In this document: positions 1 to 8,995 of the stretch, piece by piece
How the letters are laid out: every line of letters begins with the position of its first letter
How positions within the stretch are numbered: the first letter of the stretch is position 1
NCBI GenBank assembly: GCA_964632485.1
Contig: CAZWDO010000030.1
Span: forward strand, 1-35,254
DNA: 35,254 nucleotides
Source of the DNA: an uncultured bacterium
Lineage (GTDB): Bacteria; JAGOEH01
Reading direction: 5' to 3'
Program-made: the position numbers and the translations under genes
The notes under the pieces: generated by a model
Database searches by the model: none
Seen by the model: only the letters and a program-made list of their open reading frames with translations
What the model was told of the DNA's origin: nothing

Positions 1-659
1 TGGACGAAGTGTTTGAAACATGGAAAACTAAAAACACCCAAATTTTAAAAGCCCTCGAAAAAGGCTTAAAGCCAAAAGAAGTTATATACCGCATTTCGGA
101 AGACATTTTGGCAAAATACACGGGGAAAGCGTTGATGGACAAATACGATGTGTACCAGCATCTGATGGACTACTGGAACGAAGTAATGCAGGATGATTGC
201 TATTACATTGCAATGGAAGGCTGGAAAGCGGAACCCGTCATTATCAAACAAACCAAAACCGTTACCGAATGGGATTGCGACCTGGCGCCAAAATCGTTGG
301 TAATTGACCGCTATTTTTTAGCCGAAAAACAAGACATTGAAAAATTGGAAGCGGAAAAAGAAGCCATTGCATCGCAAATTTCTGAATTAGAAGAAGAACA
401 TAATACCGAAGAAGGATTATTTGCAGAGGTTCCCGATAAGATAAACAAAGGGAATGTGCATAAGCGATTGAAAGCCATTGATACACCCAAATTAAAAACT
501 GAAAATGCCGAAGAAATAAAGTTGTTAAAAGCTTACCTAAAGTTGATTGATGACCAGACCTCTATAAGTAAAAAGATTAAAGACGCTATTGCCGACCTCG
601 ATAAAAAAGTAATTGAACGCTACAAAACCCTAACCGAGGACGAAATAAAGCAACTGGTA
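1..659 (+). pseudogene. hsdM: Type I R-M methyltransferase subunit HsdM, C-terminal region, upstream of the IS630 insertion (gene begins before the window)
   Basis: Motifs DKYDVYQHLMDYWNEVMQDD and WDCDLAPKSLV are typical of long HsdM C-termini. The frame ...EDEIKQLV (GTA at 657-659) joins VDDKWM at 2116 once the IS is removed. Confidence 0.85.
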
Positions 660-690
660 TATAGAATCCAAAAATTAACTTGACAAATAG
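660..690 (+). mobile_element. First copy of the IS630 left end, running into the N gap
   Basis: tatagaatccaaaaattaacttgacaaatag is identical to 987-1017 and follows the TA at 658-659. Confidence 0.8.
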
Positions 691-700
691 NNNNNNNNNN

Positions 701-823
701 AAAATGATAGTCACTTAAATCTAATACACAATTATCATAATTCTCTGGATGAAATACTGGACAACAGCCTGTCACATTATCTTGTTCAGTATAACTGGGG
801 ATAACTCTTTGTATGATTGTCAT
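701..823 (-). CDS. N-terminal fragment of an uncharacterised protein with a TGCCP motif (hydrolase-annotated family), cut by the gap
   Basis: ATG at 823 is preceded by GGAGG; MTIIQRVIPSYTEQDNVTGCCPVFHPENYD. Unrelated to the hsdM context. Confidence 0.45.
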
Positions 824-841
824 AAAGAATCCTCCTTATAA

Positions 842-872
842 AAACATTGTACACTTTAAATGTACAATGTTT
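842..872. promoter_or_regulatory. Perfect 12-bp inverted repeat, operator-like
   Basis: AAACATTGTACA-ctttaaa-TGTACAATGTTT immediately upstream of the 823 start. Confidence 0.45.
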
Positions 873-986
873 GTTACTTTTTAAATTCTCGATATCCCAT
901 CCAAACCATCCAAACATAGGCACAAGTCTTAGGAATCATTAATATACCAACTAAGGGATACGTATCAGCCCATAGAACAACTGGTA

Positions 987-2113
987 TATAGAATCCAAAA
1001 ATTAACTTGACAAATAGTTTGAAATGGATTATATTCCTTTAACAGCAACAAGGAGGAATATAATGAGAAAAAGCCAATTGACGATCACCCATGAGAGAAT
1101 CAATGTTGATACGCTCAATGAGCTCATATCCGGCCACGGGCTGATGCGAACCGGATATCGGATTGCCATATTGCAAAGCGTATTGGCTCGCCAACCGATT
1201 GATCAGATTAGCATGGTACACGGAATATCCAGGCAAGGTATCTACGATTTGGTGGATCGGGTCAATCGTTTGGGCCTGAAGGGGCTGTAAGACGCGAAGC
1301 GTCCGGGTCGCCCAAGCCAATTGACGGGGGAGTTGGAGCAGGAATTGAAGCAGATTTTGCTGAAGCCTCCCTTTGAGTCAGGCTACAATCAATCACGTTG
1401 GGATGGTCCATTGGTGGGTCAATATTTACGAGATGTCCACCATATTGATCTGAGAAAAAGCCAGATTAACAATTGGCTGCATCAAATCGGATTTACATTG
1501 CAGCGGGGAAGAAAAAAATTTATCAAAGCGGATGAGGAAGAGCGGAAGGTCTTTATCGCGGAGATAAAAAAAAACTTGTGACCGGTGACCTGAAAGAGGC
1601 CTGGTTGTTTTCGGATGAAGCGGGCATTCAGTTGGACCCGACCCTTGCGGCCCAATGGGCGCCGCGTGGAAAGCAGCCCCAGATTGCCTCGGAGAGCAAA
1701 TTGGGACGAATCAGTCTTTGTGGAGTTGAAGACGCGCGAACCGGCGATGCGTATGTGAAACGAATCGAGCGAGGCAATTCACTGAATTTTATTGGGGCGC
1801 TTATATGGATTCTCAACCAGTTTGACCGCTATGATAAAATCCATCTGTATGTTGATAATGCCGTATGGCATAAATCCAAGCGGGTACGGAATTTTCTGGA
1901 AATGCAATCGAAACTGGAATTGGATTATTTTCCTCGTTATTGCCCGGAGCTGAATCCGACCGAATGGGAATGGCATGAATTGAGGCGACTGAAAACACAC
2001 ACGCGCCGGTTTCAATCCGAAGAAGAATGCTGGGCGGTGATTGATGAGCATTTCAGTTCAAGAAAAGGAACAAGCTCCCATTTTTTATGTCAAATTATTT
2101 AATGGATTCCATT
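987..2113 (+). mobile_element. IS630-family insertion sequence (about 1.13 kb) with TA target duplication
   Basis: Imperfect terminal inverted repeats (20/26 match: tatagaatccaaaaattaacttgaca vs reverse complement of tgtcaaattatttaatggattccatt), flanked by TA (985-986 and 2114-2115); contains an IS630 transposase. Confidence 0.9.
1063..2102 (+). pseudogene. IS630 transposase: HTH part with an in-frame nonsense codon, then a -1 frameshift into the DDE part
   Basis: AGGAGG RBS then ATG at 1063; TTGACA-N17-TATATT promoter at 1007-1035. TAA at 1288-1290 falls inside GL*DAKRPGRP. The A9 run at 1566-1574 shifts into the frame carrying FSDEAG, YVDNAVWH and PELNPTE (DDE_3 motifs). Confidence 0.85.
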
Positions 2114-2115
2114 TA

Positions 2116-2313
2116 GTAGATGATAAATGGATGACCGTTTTGGAGCGCAATGTTAAAACTGAAATGGAACGCATTAGCCAACGCCTTACCCAACGCATAA
2201 AAGAACTGGCCGAACGCTATGAAACAACCTTGCCACAACAAGTCACCGAAGTTAACGTCCTTGAAAGCAAAGTGAATTCTCACCTTCAAAAAATGGGGTT
2301 TGTATGGAAATAG
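2116..2313 (+). pseudogene. hsdM: HsdM extreme C-terminus, downstream of IS630
   Basis: VDDKWM...ERISQRLTQRIKELAERYE...HLQKMGFVWK is the usual end of this HsdM subfamily. Confidence 0.85.
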
Positions 2314-3353
2314 ACAAAACAAACAATAAACTATACTCCGACATTTGCAAGCTGGTTGAAGAAGCCAGAAGTTATGTGGCAAATACTGCCAATACAACCA
2401 TGACCCTATTGTATTGGAGAATCGGCGAACGTATTAATACCGATTTATTCGACGGACAGAGGGCTGCATACGGGAAACAAATTGTGTCGCAACTGGCGAC
2501 ACAATTGCAAGGCGCATATGGCAAACGTGGATTTCAAGAAAGAAATATCCGAAGAATGATGCAGTTTGCCGAATTATTTCCCGATTTTCAAATTGTGTCG
2601 GAGGTGGCGACACAATTATCGTGGTCGCATTTTATTGAACTGCTGACTGTAAAAGATACTTTACATCGCGATTTTTATACCCAAATGGCACTTTATGAAA
2701 AATGGGGCACAAAACAATTGCGTGCTAAAATCGACGGAATGCTTTATGAGCGCACACTCATAAGTGGCAAACCCGATGAATTAATCAAAACAGAACTTGC
2801 TAATATGCGTAAAGGTGAAACAATGTCGCCCGATATGGTGTTTAAAAGCCCTTATTTTCTCGACTTTACAGGATTAAAAGGTATGTACAGCGAAAAAAGT
2901 TTAGAAGACAGTCTCATTGTTTCGCTCGAACAGTTTATAATGGAACTGGGTGTGGGTTTTGCTTTTGTTGAACGCCAAAAGCGAATGATTATCGACGGCG
3001 AGGATTTTTACCTCGACCTGCTTTTTTACCACCGCAAACTGAAACGCCTGATTGCCATCGAGCTCAAACTGGGCAAGTTTAAAGCCGCTTACAAAGGGCA
3101 AATGGAACTCTACCTGCGCTGGCTTGATAAGAATGAAAAACAAACCGGTGAAGAAACACCTCTAGGCTTAATACTCTGTGCCGAAGGCGGACACGTGCAA
3201 ATAGAACTGCTGCAACTCGACAACGCAGGCATAAAAATAGCCGAATACCTTACCGAACTGCCCGACCGCAAACTTCTCAAAGAAAAATTGCATAAAGAGC
3301 TGGAACTGAAACGCCAACTCTTTGCAAACAGGGAGGAGGAAAATAATGAATAA
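2304..3353 (+). CDS. DUF1016 / YhcG-family PD-(D/E)XK nuclease-domain protein
   Basis: LYWRIGERI, LSWSHF, KSPYFLDF, GFAFVERQKR, DLLFYHRKLKRLIAIELK and GQMELYL are hallmark DUF1016 motifs; this family is common inside type I R-M operons. Confidence 0.9.
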   Translation: MEIDKTNNKLYSDICKLVEEARSYVANTANTTMTLLYWRIGERINTDLFDGQRAAYGKQIVSQLATQLQGAYGKRGFQERNIRRMMQFAELFPDFQIVSEVATQLSWSHFIELLTVKDTLHRDFYTQMALYEKWGTKQLRAKIDGMLYERTLISGKPDELIKTELANMRKGETMSPDMVFKSPYFLDFTGLKGMYSEKSLEDSLIVSLEQFIMELGVGFAFVERQKRMIIDGEDFYLDLLFYHRKLKRLIAIELKLGKFKAAYKGQMELYLRWLDKNEKQTGEETPLGLILCAEGGHVQIELLQLDNAGIKIAEYLTELPDRKLLKEKLHKELELKRQLFANREEENNE

Positions 3354-3379
3354 TTATCAATTATCAATTGTCAATTGCC
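3352..3379 (+). repeat. Four tandem heptamers (AATTATC, AATTATC, AATTGTC, AATTGCC) at the hsdS start
   Basis: Read directly from the sequence. Confidence 0.7.
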
Positions 3380-3965
3380 AAAGGGATATAAAAATATGGA
3401 GGTGGGCGTTATTCCTGAGGATTGGCAGGTGAAACCACTTTTAGAATGTTGTTCAAAAATCACTGATGGAACTCATGATACACCTAAGCCGGTAGAAACT
3501 GGTGTTCCATTTCTTACTGCGATCCACGTCAAAGAGAATAATATTGATTATCAAAGTTGTTATTATCTCCTTGAAAGTGTCCATAGAATAATATATAATA
3601 GATGTAATCCTGAAAAGAATGATGTTTTGATGGTTAATATTAGAGCTGGTGTCGCAACAACAGCACTTGTCAATGTTGATTATGAATTTAGCTTAAAAAA
3701 TGTAGCATTACTAAAACCCGCATTATCAAAAATAATAGGTTTATTTTTAAATTATTGGCAAATATATAGTAAATCAAGAATTATTAATTCAATTTCAACG
3801 GGTGGGGCACACCCTTTTTTGTCACTAAATCAAATAGAAATAGCCACTATCCTTTCCGATATGGATGCCGAAATACAGGCATTGGAAACCAAATTGGAGA
3901 AATACCGCAAAATTAAACTGGGGATGATGCAGAATTTATTAACAGGGAAAATTAGGTTGGTTTAA
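3375..3965 (+). pseudogene. hsdS: Type I R-M specificity subunit, half-size (one TRD) with an internal deletion
   Basis: N-terminal PKGYKxxEVGVIPEDW, TRD motif ITDGTHDTP, C-terminal IATILSDMDAEI...GMMQNLLTGKIRL. Only 196 aa, and it lacks the usual IPLPP..EQ segment. Confidence 0.8.
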
Positions 3966-4573
3966 TGGATAGGTTTCAAAATAAATACCGCATACCATCG
4001 GCACGTTTGCAAACGTGGGATTATCGTTGGGCAGGGGCCTATTTTATTACAATTTGCACCGCCGGTCGCGAATGTTTATTTGGGGATGTAATTGTAGAGA
4101 CGCATGGCCGTGCGTCTCTACAATTATCAGCCATTGGTCAAATTGTTAACCAAGAATGGGATAAATCGTTCGAAATTCGTTCTGAATTGTTTTGCGATGC
4201 GTTTATTATAATGCCCAATCATTTACACGCCATTTTACGAATCGAAAATAATAATTTGGGTTCGCACGGTTCGCACGTAGAGACGCACGGCCGTGCGTCT
4301 CTACAAACCCCACAAACCCCACAAACAATCCAACGCACGGGCGTTGCCTATCGTTCGCCAAAATCAATTTCATCGTTTGTCGCGGGTTTCAAATCATCGG
4401 CGACCAAACATATTAACGAATGGCGGGGAACGCCAAAATTACCTGTTTGGCAATCCCGTTTTCACGACCATATCATCCGCAATGATGCCGAATACCAACG
4501 CATCAACGATTATATTGAAACCAATCCCGAAAATTGGGAAAAGGATAAATTTTTTAAATCCGAGGAATTATGA
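3965..4573 (+). CDS. REP-associated / IS200-like Y1 (HUH) tyrosine transposase (RAYT-like)
   Basis: RLQTWDY..GAYFITICT, IMPNHLH (HUH), WQSRFHDHIIR, YIETNP (catalytic Tyr). Overlaps the flanking hsd genes. Confidence 0.85.
   Translation: MDRFQNKYRIPSARLQTWDYRWAGAYFITICTAGRECLFGDVIVETHGRASLQLSAIGQIVNQEWDKSFEIRSELFCDAFIIMPNHLHAILRIENNNLGSHGSHVETHGRASLQTPQTPQTIQRTGVAYRSPKSISSFVAGFKSSATKHINEWRGTPKLPVWQSRFHDHIIRNDAEYQRINDYIETNPENWEKDKFFKSEEL
4094..4304. repeat. Two 28-bp GTAG-type palindromes inside the RAYT ORF (4094-4121 and 4277-4304)
   Basis: GTAGAGACGCA(T/C)GGCCGTGCGTCTCTAC; the second copy is a perfect palindrome; both read as VETHGRASLQ. Confidence 0.9.
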
Positions 4574-7500
4574 GCAAAGTCGGCGATAAAGAACGAATAG
4601 CCCAAAACCGTGTGGTAAAACTGTTTCAGGACGAACTGAAATACCGTTATCTGGGAAACCTCGAAAAAGAAGAAAACAACAGCAATGTGGATGAAGCCTT
4701 GCTAACGGCTTTTCTTACCAAAAAAGGTTATACTAAAAACCAAATCAATAAAGCCCTTTACGAGTTTTACAAAGCAGTAAACATCAACACCCACGACGAC
4801 CTTTACCAAGCCAATAAAAATGTGTATTCACAGCTCAGCTATGGTATTTAAAGTAAAAGAAGAAGCGGGAGAAAACAAAGAAACGGTTTACCTGATTGAC
4901 TGGAATAATCCGCTTGAAAACGATTTTGCCATTGCCGAGGAAGTAACCATAAAAAGCGTTCATAACAAACGCCCTGACATTGTTATTTATGTAAATGGAA
5001 TTGCCTTAGGCGCTTTAGAACTTAAACGCAGTACGGTTTCAGTTTCCGAAGGAATCCGTCAGAGCAACGACAACCAAAAGCATATTTTCATTAAACCATT
5101 TTTCACCACCATTCAATTGGTTATGGCTGGTCAGGATGTGGAAGGTTTGCGTTACGCAGGTATCGACACATCAGAAAAGTATTATCAAAAATGGAAAGAA
5201 GTTAGCGTAGAATTTAATCCAAATGACACTTATCTGCTGGAACTCACAAAATCCATTCGGGAACAGGCATCTAAAGCCGAAAACCTGTTGGATAAAAATA
5301 TCATTGAAATGCTCAACAAAGAGCGTTTAATTGAAATAATTCACGATTTTGAAGTGTACGACCGCGGTCAAAAGAAATTTTGCCGTCCAAACCAGTATTT
5401 CGGAGTTAAGGCTGCTCAGGAAACACTTCGCAACAAAGAGGGCTGTATTATCTGGCACACGCAGGGAAGCGGGAAAAGTTTAACCATGGTTTGGCTTACC
5501 AAATGGATTAAAGAATACAACCCCAATGCCCGTGTTTTAATTGTAACCGACCGTGACGAACTCGACAAACAAATTGAAAAGGTTTACAAAGGCGTAAGCG
5601 AAGATATTTACCGATGCAAACCCCGAAACGGTAAAAGCGGCGGCGCTATTCTCATTGATAAACTCAACGATACCGAACCCTGGCTTTTGTGTTCGCTTAT
5701 TCACAAATTCGGCAACAAAGAGGAAGCCGATTACGATAGTTACCTGACTGAATTAAAAAACAGTTTGCCAAAAGATTTTTCACCCAAAGGTGATTTTTAT
5801 GTGTTTGTAGATGAGTGTCACCGTTCCCAAAGTGGCGACCTGCACAAAGCAATGAAGCAAATTTTGGGCGAAAAAGCCATTTTCATTGGTTTCACCGGTA
5901 CGCCTTTAATGAAAAAGGATAAACAAAAAAGCATTGAGGTTTTCGGTAAATACATTCATACTTATAAATTCGACGAAGCGGTTAAGGACGGTGTTGTTCT
6001 TGATTTACGTTACGAAGCGCGGGATATTGAACAGAAAATTACCTCGCTCGATAAAATTGATACTTGGTTTGAAACTAAAACGAAAGGCCTAACCGACTTT
6101 GCAAAAACAGAACTGAAACAAAAATGGGGAACCCTGAAAAAGGTATTCAGCTCGGTTGGCGTTTACAAAAGATTGTTACCGATATTCTACTCGACATGGA
6201 AACCCGTGAGCGTTTACAAAATGGCAGGGGAAATGCACTTTTGGTTTCCGACAGTATTTACAATGCTTGTCGTTATTACCAATTGTTTCAGGATTCAGGT
6301 TTTACCCGTTGTGCCATTGTAACATCATTTGCCCCCTCATATACTGATATTAAAGGCGAAGGCGAAAATCACACCGAGAAAATCATGCAATATGAGATTT
6401 ACCAAAAAATGCTCTATGGTAAATCACCCGAAGACTTTGAAGATGAAGTAAAAAAACGCTTCATTGACGAACCTGCTCAAATGAAACTGCTGATTGTGGT
6501 AGATAAATTACTGACAGGTTTCGATGCCCCAAGTGCAACCTATTTGTACATCGACAAAAGTATGCGAGACCACGGCTTATTTCAGGCAATTTGTCGTGTA
6601 AACCGTTTAGATGGTGACGATAAAGAATATGGTTATATCATTGACTACAAAGACCTTTTCGGAAGCCTCGAAACTGCATACAATGACTTTACCTCAAAAG
6701 CATTTGAAGATTACGACAAGGAAGATGTGGAAGGTTTGCTATGCGACCGTTTGAACAAAGGCAAAGAGCGTTTGGATGATGCGCTGGAAACCATTCGGGC
6801 TTTATGCGAACCGGTTGTACCTCCCAAAGGCACAAAAGAATATATTCAATATTTCTGTGGAAACCCTCAAATACCAGCAGATTTAAAAGACACTGAACCT
6901 CGCAGGCATGCACTTTACAAAGCAGTAATTTGCGTGATACGAGCCTATGCAAATATTGCAGACGAATTAGAAGAAGCTGGTTATAAACCTAATGAGATTG
7001 AGAAGATAAAAGCGGAAATCAAACATTACGAGAATGTCCGCAAAGAAATACAATTGGCAAGTGGCGACTATGTGGATTTAAAACAATACGAACCAGCCAT
7101 GCGGCATTTAATTGACAGTTACATTGGCGCTGAGGAAAGCCAAAAAATTTCAGCATTTGATGATTTTAGTCTGGTCGAACTGCTTGTTAAAGATGACGAA
7201 GATGCATTGGATAAAATCCCTGAGAGTATCAGGAAGAATAAAGATGCCATGGCAGAAACCATTGAGAATAATATGCGAAAAGTGATTATTGAAGAAAGTC
7301 CAACCAACCCGATTTATTATGAGAAAATGAGTGTCCTGCTCGATGAACTGATAAAAATGCGTAACGAAGAAGCAGAACGCTATGAAGAATATTTAAAGAA
7401 AATTGTTGAACTGGCTGTAAAAATTAAAAAACCTGAAACAAGTAGCGAATATCCAACAAGCATAAACACTCAGGCAAAAAGGGCTTTGTATGATAATTTA

Positions 7501-7695
7501 GAAAAGGACGAACCTTTAACTGTTGTTTTAGATAGTGCAGTAACTTATGGCAAATACGATAATTGGGAGGGTAATTTTGCCAAAGAAAGACATCTTAAAA
7601 ATAAAGTGGTAAAACCTGTTTTAGAAGATTACAACAAAGTAGAAGTTTTAGACCCTATTTTCGAGATTATCAAACAGCAAAACGAGTACAAATAG
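4570..7695 (+). pseudogene. hsdR: Type I R-M restriction subunit HsdR, split by two frameshifts (near 4847 and near 6155)
   Basis: Nuclease motif RPDIVIYVNGIALGALELK, Walker A HTQGSGKS, DECHR, FTGTP, LLTGFDAP and QAICRVNR are spread over three frames (SYGI/KVKEE; KKVFSS/RLQKIV). Confidence 0.9.
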
Positions 7696-7697
7696 AA

Positions 7698-8426
7698 ATG
7701 GAAGAAGTTAAAGTTTTACATATTACTTCAAATCTATCCATTGATGTAGTTCGAAAAGACATCAAGAATATGCATTTGGCTGTTTATCCGCCAACTGGCA
7801 GGGTTCGTATTGCAACACCTTTAAATGTAAACGACGAAGCTGTAAGACTTTTTGCTATTTCAAAAATTGCGTGGATTCGTAAACATCAGAGACATTTTAA
7901 AGCTCAGGACAGACAATCGCCCAGAGAATTTAAACAGCGGGAAAGTCATTATTTTCAAGGCAAACGGTTTTTACTGAGAATAACAGAACATGAAGCCCCC
8001 GCCAAAGTTGAGATAAAAACAAAAACTTATATTGATTTATTTATCAGACCAAACAGTACTATTGAACAAAAGCAAATTGCTATCAATGAATTGTATCGGT
8101 CTGAATTAAAAAAACTAATTCCAGAACTAATTGAGAAATGGGAACAGAAAATCGGTGTGCAGGTTTCTGAATGGCAGGTAAAACAAATGAAAACCAAATG
8201 GGGAACATGCAATATTGAAGAAAAAAGAATATGGATAAATCTGGAATTAGCAAAAAAACCGATTCATTGTTTAGAATACATCATCGTTCACGAAATGATT
8301 CATTTCATTGAGAGGCATCACAACGAGAGATTTATGGCTTTGATGGATAAATACATTCCTCAGTGGAAATTTTTTAAAGAAGAACTAAACAGATTACCAG
8401 TAAGTCACGGAGAATGGGATTATTAG
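7698..8426 (+). CDS. M48/YgjP-like (DUF45) zinc metallopeptidase associated with type I R-M
   Basis: VVRKDIKNMHLAVYPP, MKTKWGTC, EYIIVHEMIH (HExxH), HNERF. Confidence 0.88.
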   Translation: MEEVKVLHITSNLSIDVVRKDIKNMHLAVYPPTGRVRIATPLNVNDEAVRLFAISKIAWIRKHQRHFKAQDRQSPREFKQRESHYFQGKRFLLRITEHEAPAKVEIKTKTYIDLFIRPNSTIEQKQIAINELYRSELKKLIPELIEKWEQKIGVQVSEWQVKQMKTKWGTCNIEEKRIWINLELAKKPIHCLEYIIVHEMIHFIERHHNERFMALMDKYIPQWKFFKEELNRLPVSHGEWDY

Positions 8427-8593
8427 AAACATATAGCCAGCCCACAGTCGTAAGCGCATTTGCAGGCCCACACGAGCCAACGCTACAACCAAAGCTTATC
8501 AAAGAGTGTGTCTATCATAACGCACGGCAGACCGAAACGAAGTAGCAAATTGATAGGAAATGACTGAAAACAATGAACACCAGCGCCCGATAA

Positions 8594-8701
8594 AGTGTAT
8601 ATGCCATAAGGGTTCAGTGGGTATTTAAGCGTTGCAGCCCGCTCAAAATTTCGTGTCGATAAACAAGAAATTACTACGCAATCCCTTACGGCGCATACAC
8701 T
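8594..8701. repeat. Long imperfect hairpin resembling a degenerate attC-like intergenic element
   Basis: Arms AGTGTATATGCCATAAGGG (8594-8612) and CCCTTACGGCGCATACACT (8683-8701), 16/19 complementary. Confidence 0.45.
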
Positions 8702-8817
8702 CGAACGTATAGCATCGATGTGCTCTTTTAGTTGCAATCCAACTCGAAAATCAATCTAATTTTACATTTGCCGTCTTTTTTAAGTAGTTAAATCTACAGT
8801 CCATTTCATAACGAATT

Positions 8818-8854
8818 AAAAGCCGGGTCAGCATCGACGCTGCCCGGCTTTTTT
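8818..8854 (+). terminator. Intrinsic terminator downstream of the R-M operon
   Basis: AAAAGCCGGG(T)CAGC-atcgac-GCTGCCCGGCTTTTTT: GC-rich stem plus T tract. Confidence 0.75.
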
Positions 8855-8946
8855 CATTATTGGTCACACAGTTTTGCATTGTTTGTCACGACTTGATATG
8901 GCGCATTTCACCGGAATATGCATCCAATCGACTTCAATATTTTTCC

Positions 8947-8975
8947 TTGACATTTCCTGGATTCATTGTTATACT
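8947..8975 (+). promoter_or_regulatory. sigma70 promoter of the five-gene operon
   Basis: TTGACA (8947-8952), 17 nt spacer, TATACT (8970-8975) with an extended -10 TG; AAGGAG RBS before the ATG at 8996. Confidence 0.75.
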
Positions 8976-8995
8976 CTCAAAAAAGGAGTCATCAC

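Noticed and set aside
620-700. Continuation of the 620-823 minus-strand ORF across the gap
   Set aside because: It reads through Ns into the antisense of the IS end and hsdM; an artefact.
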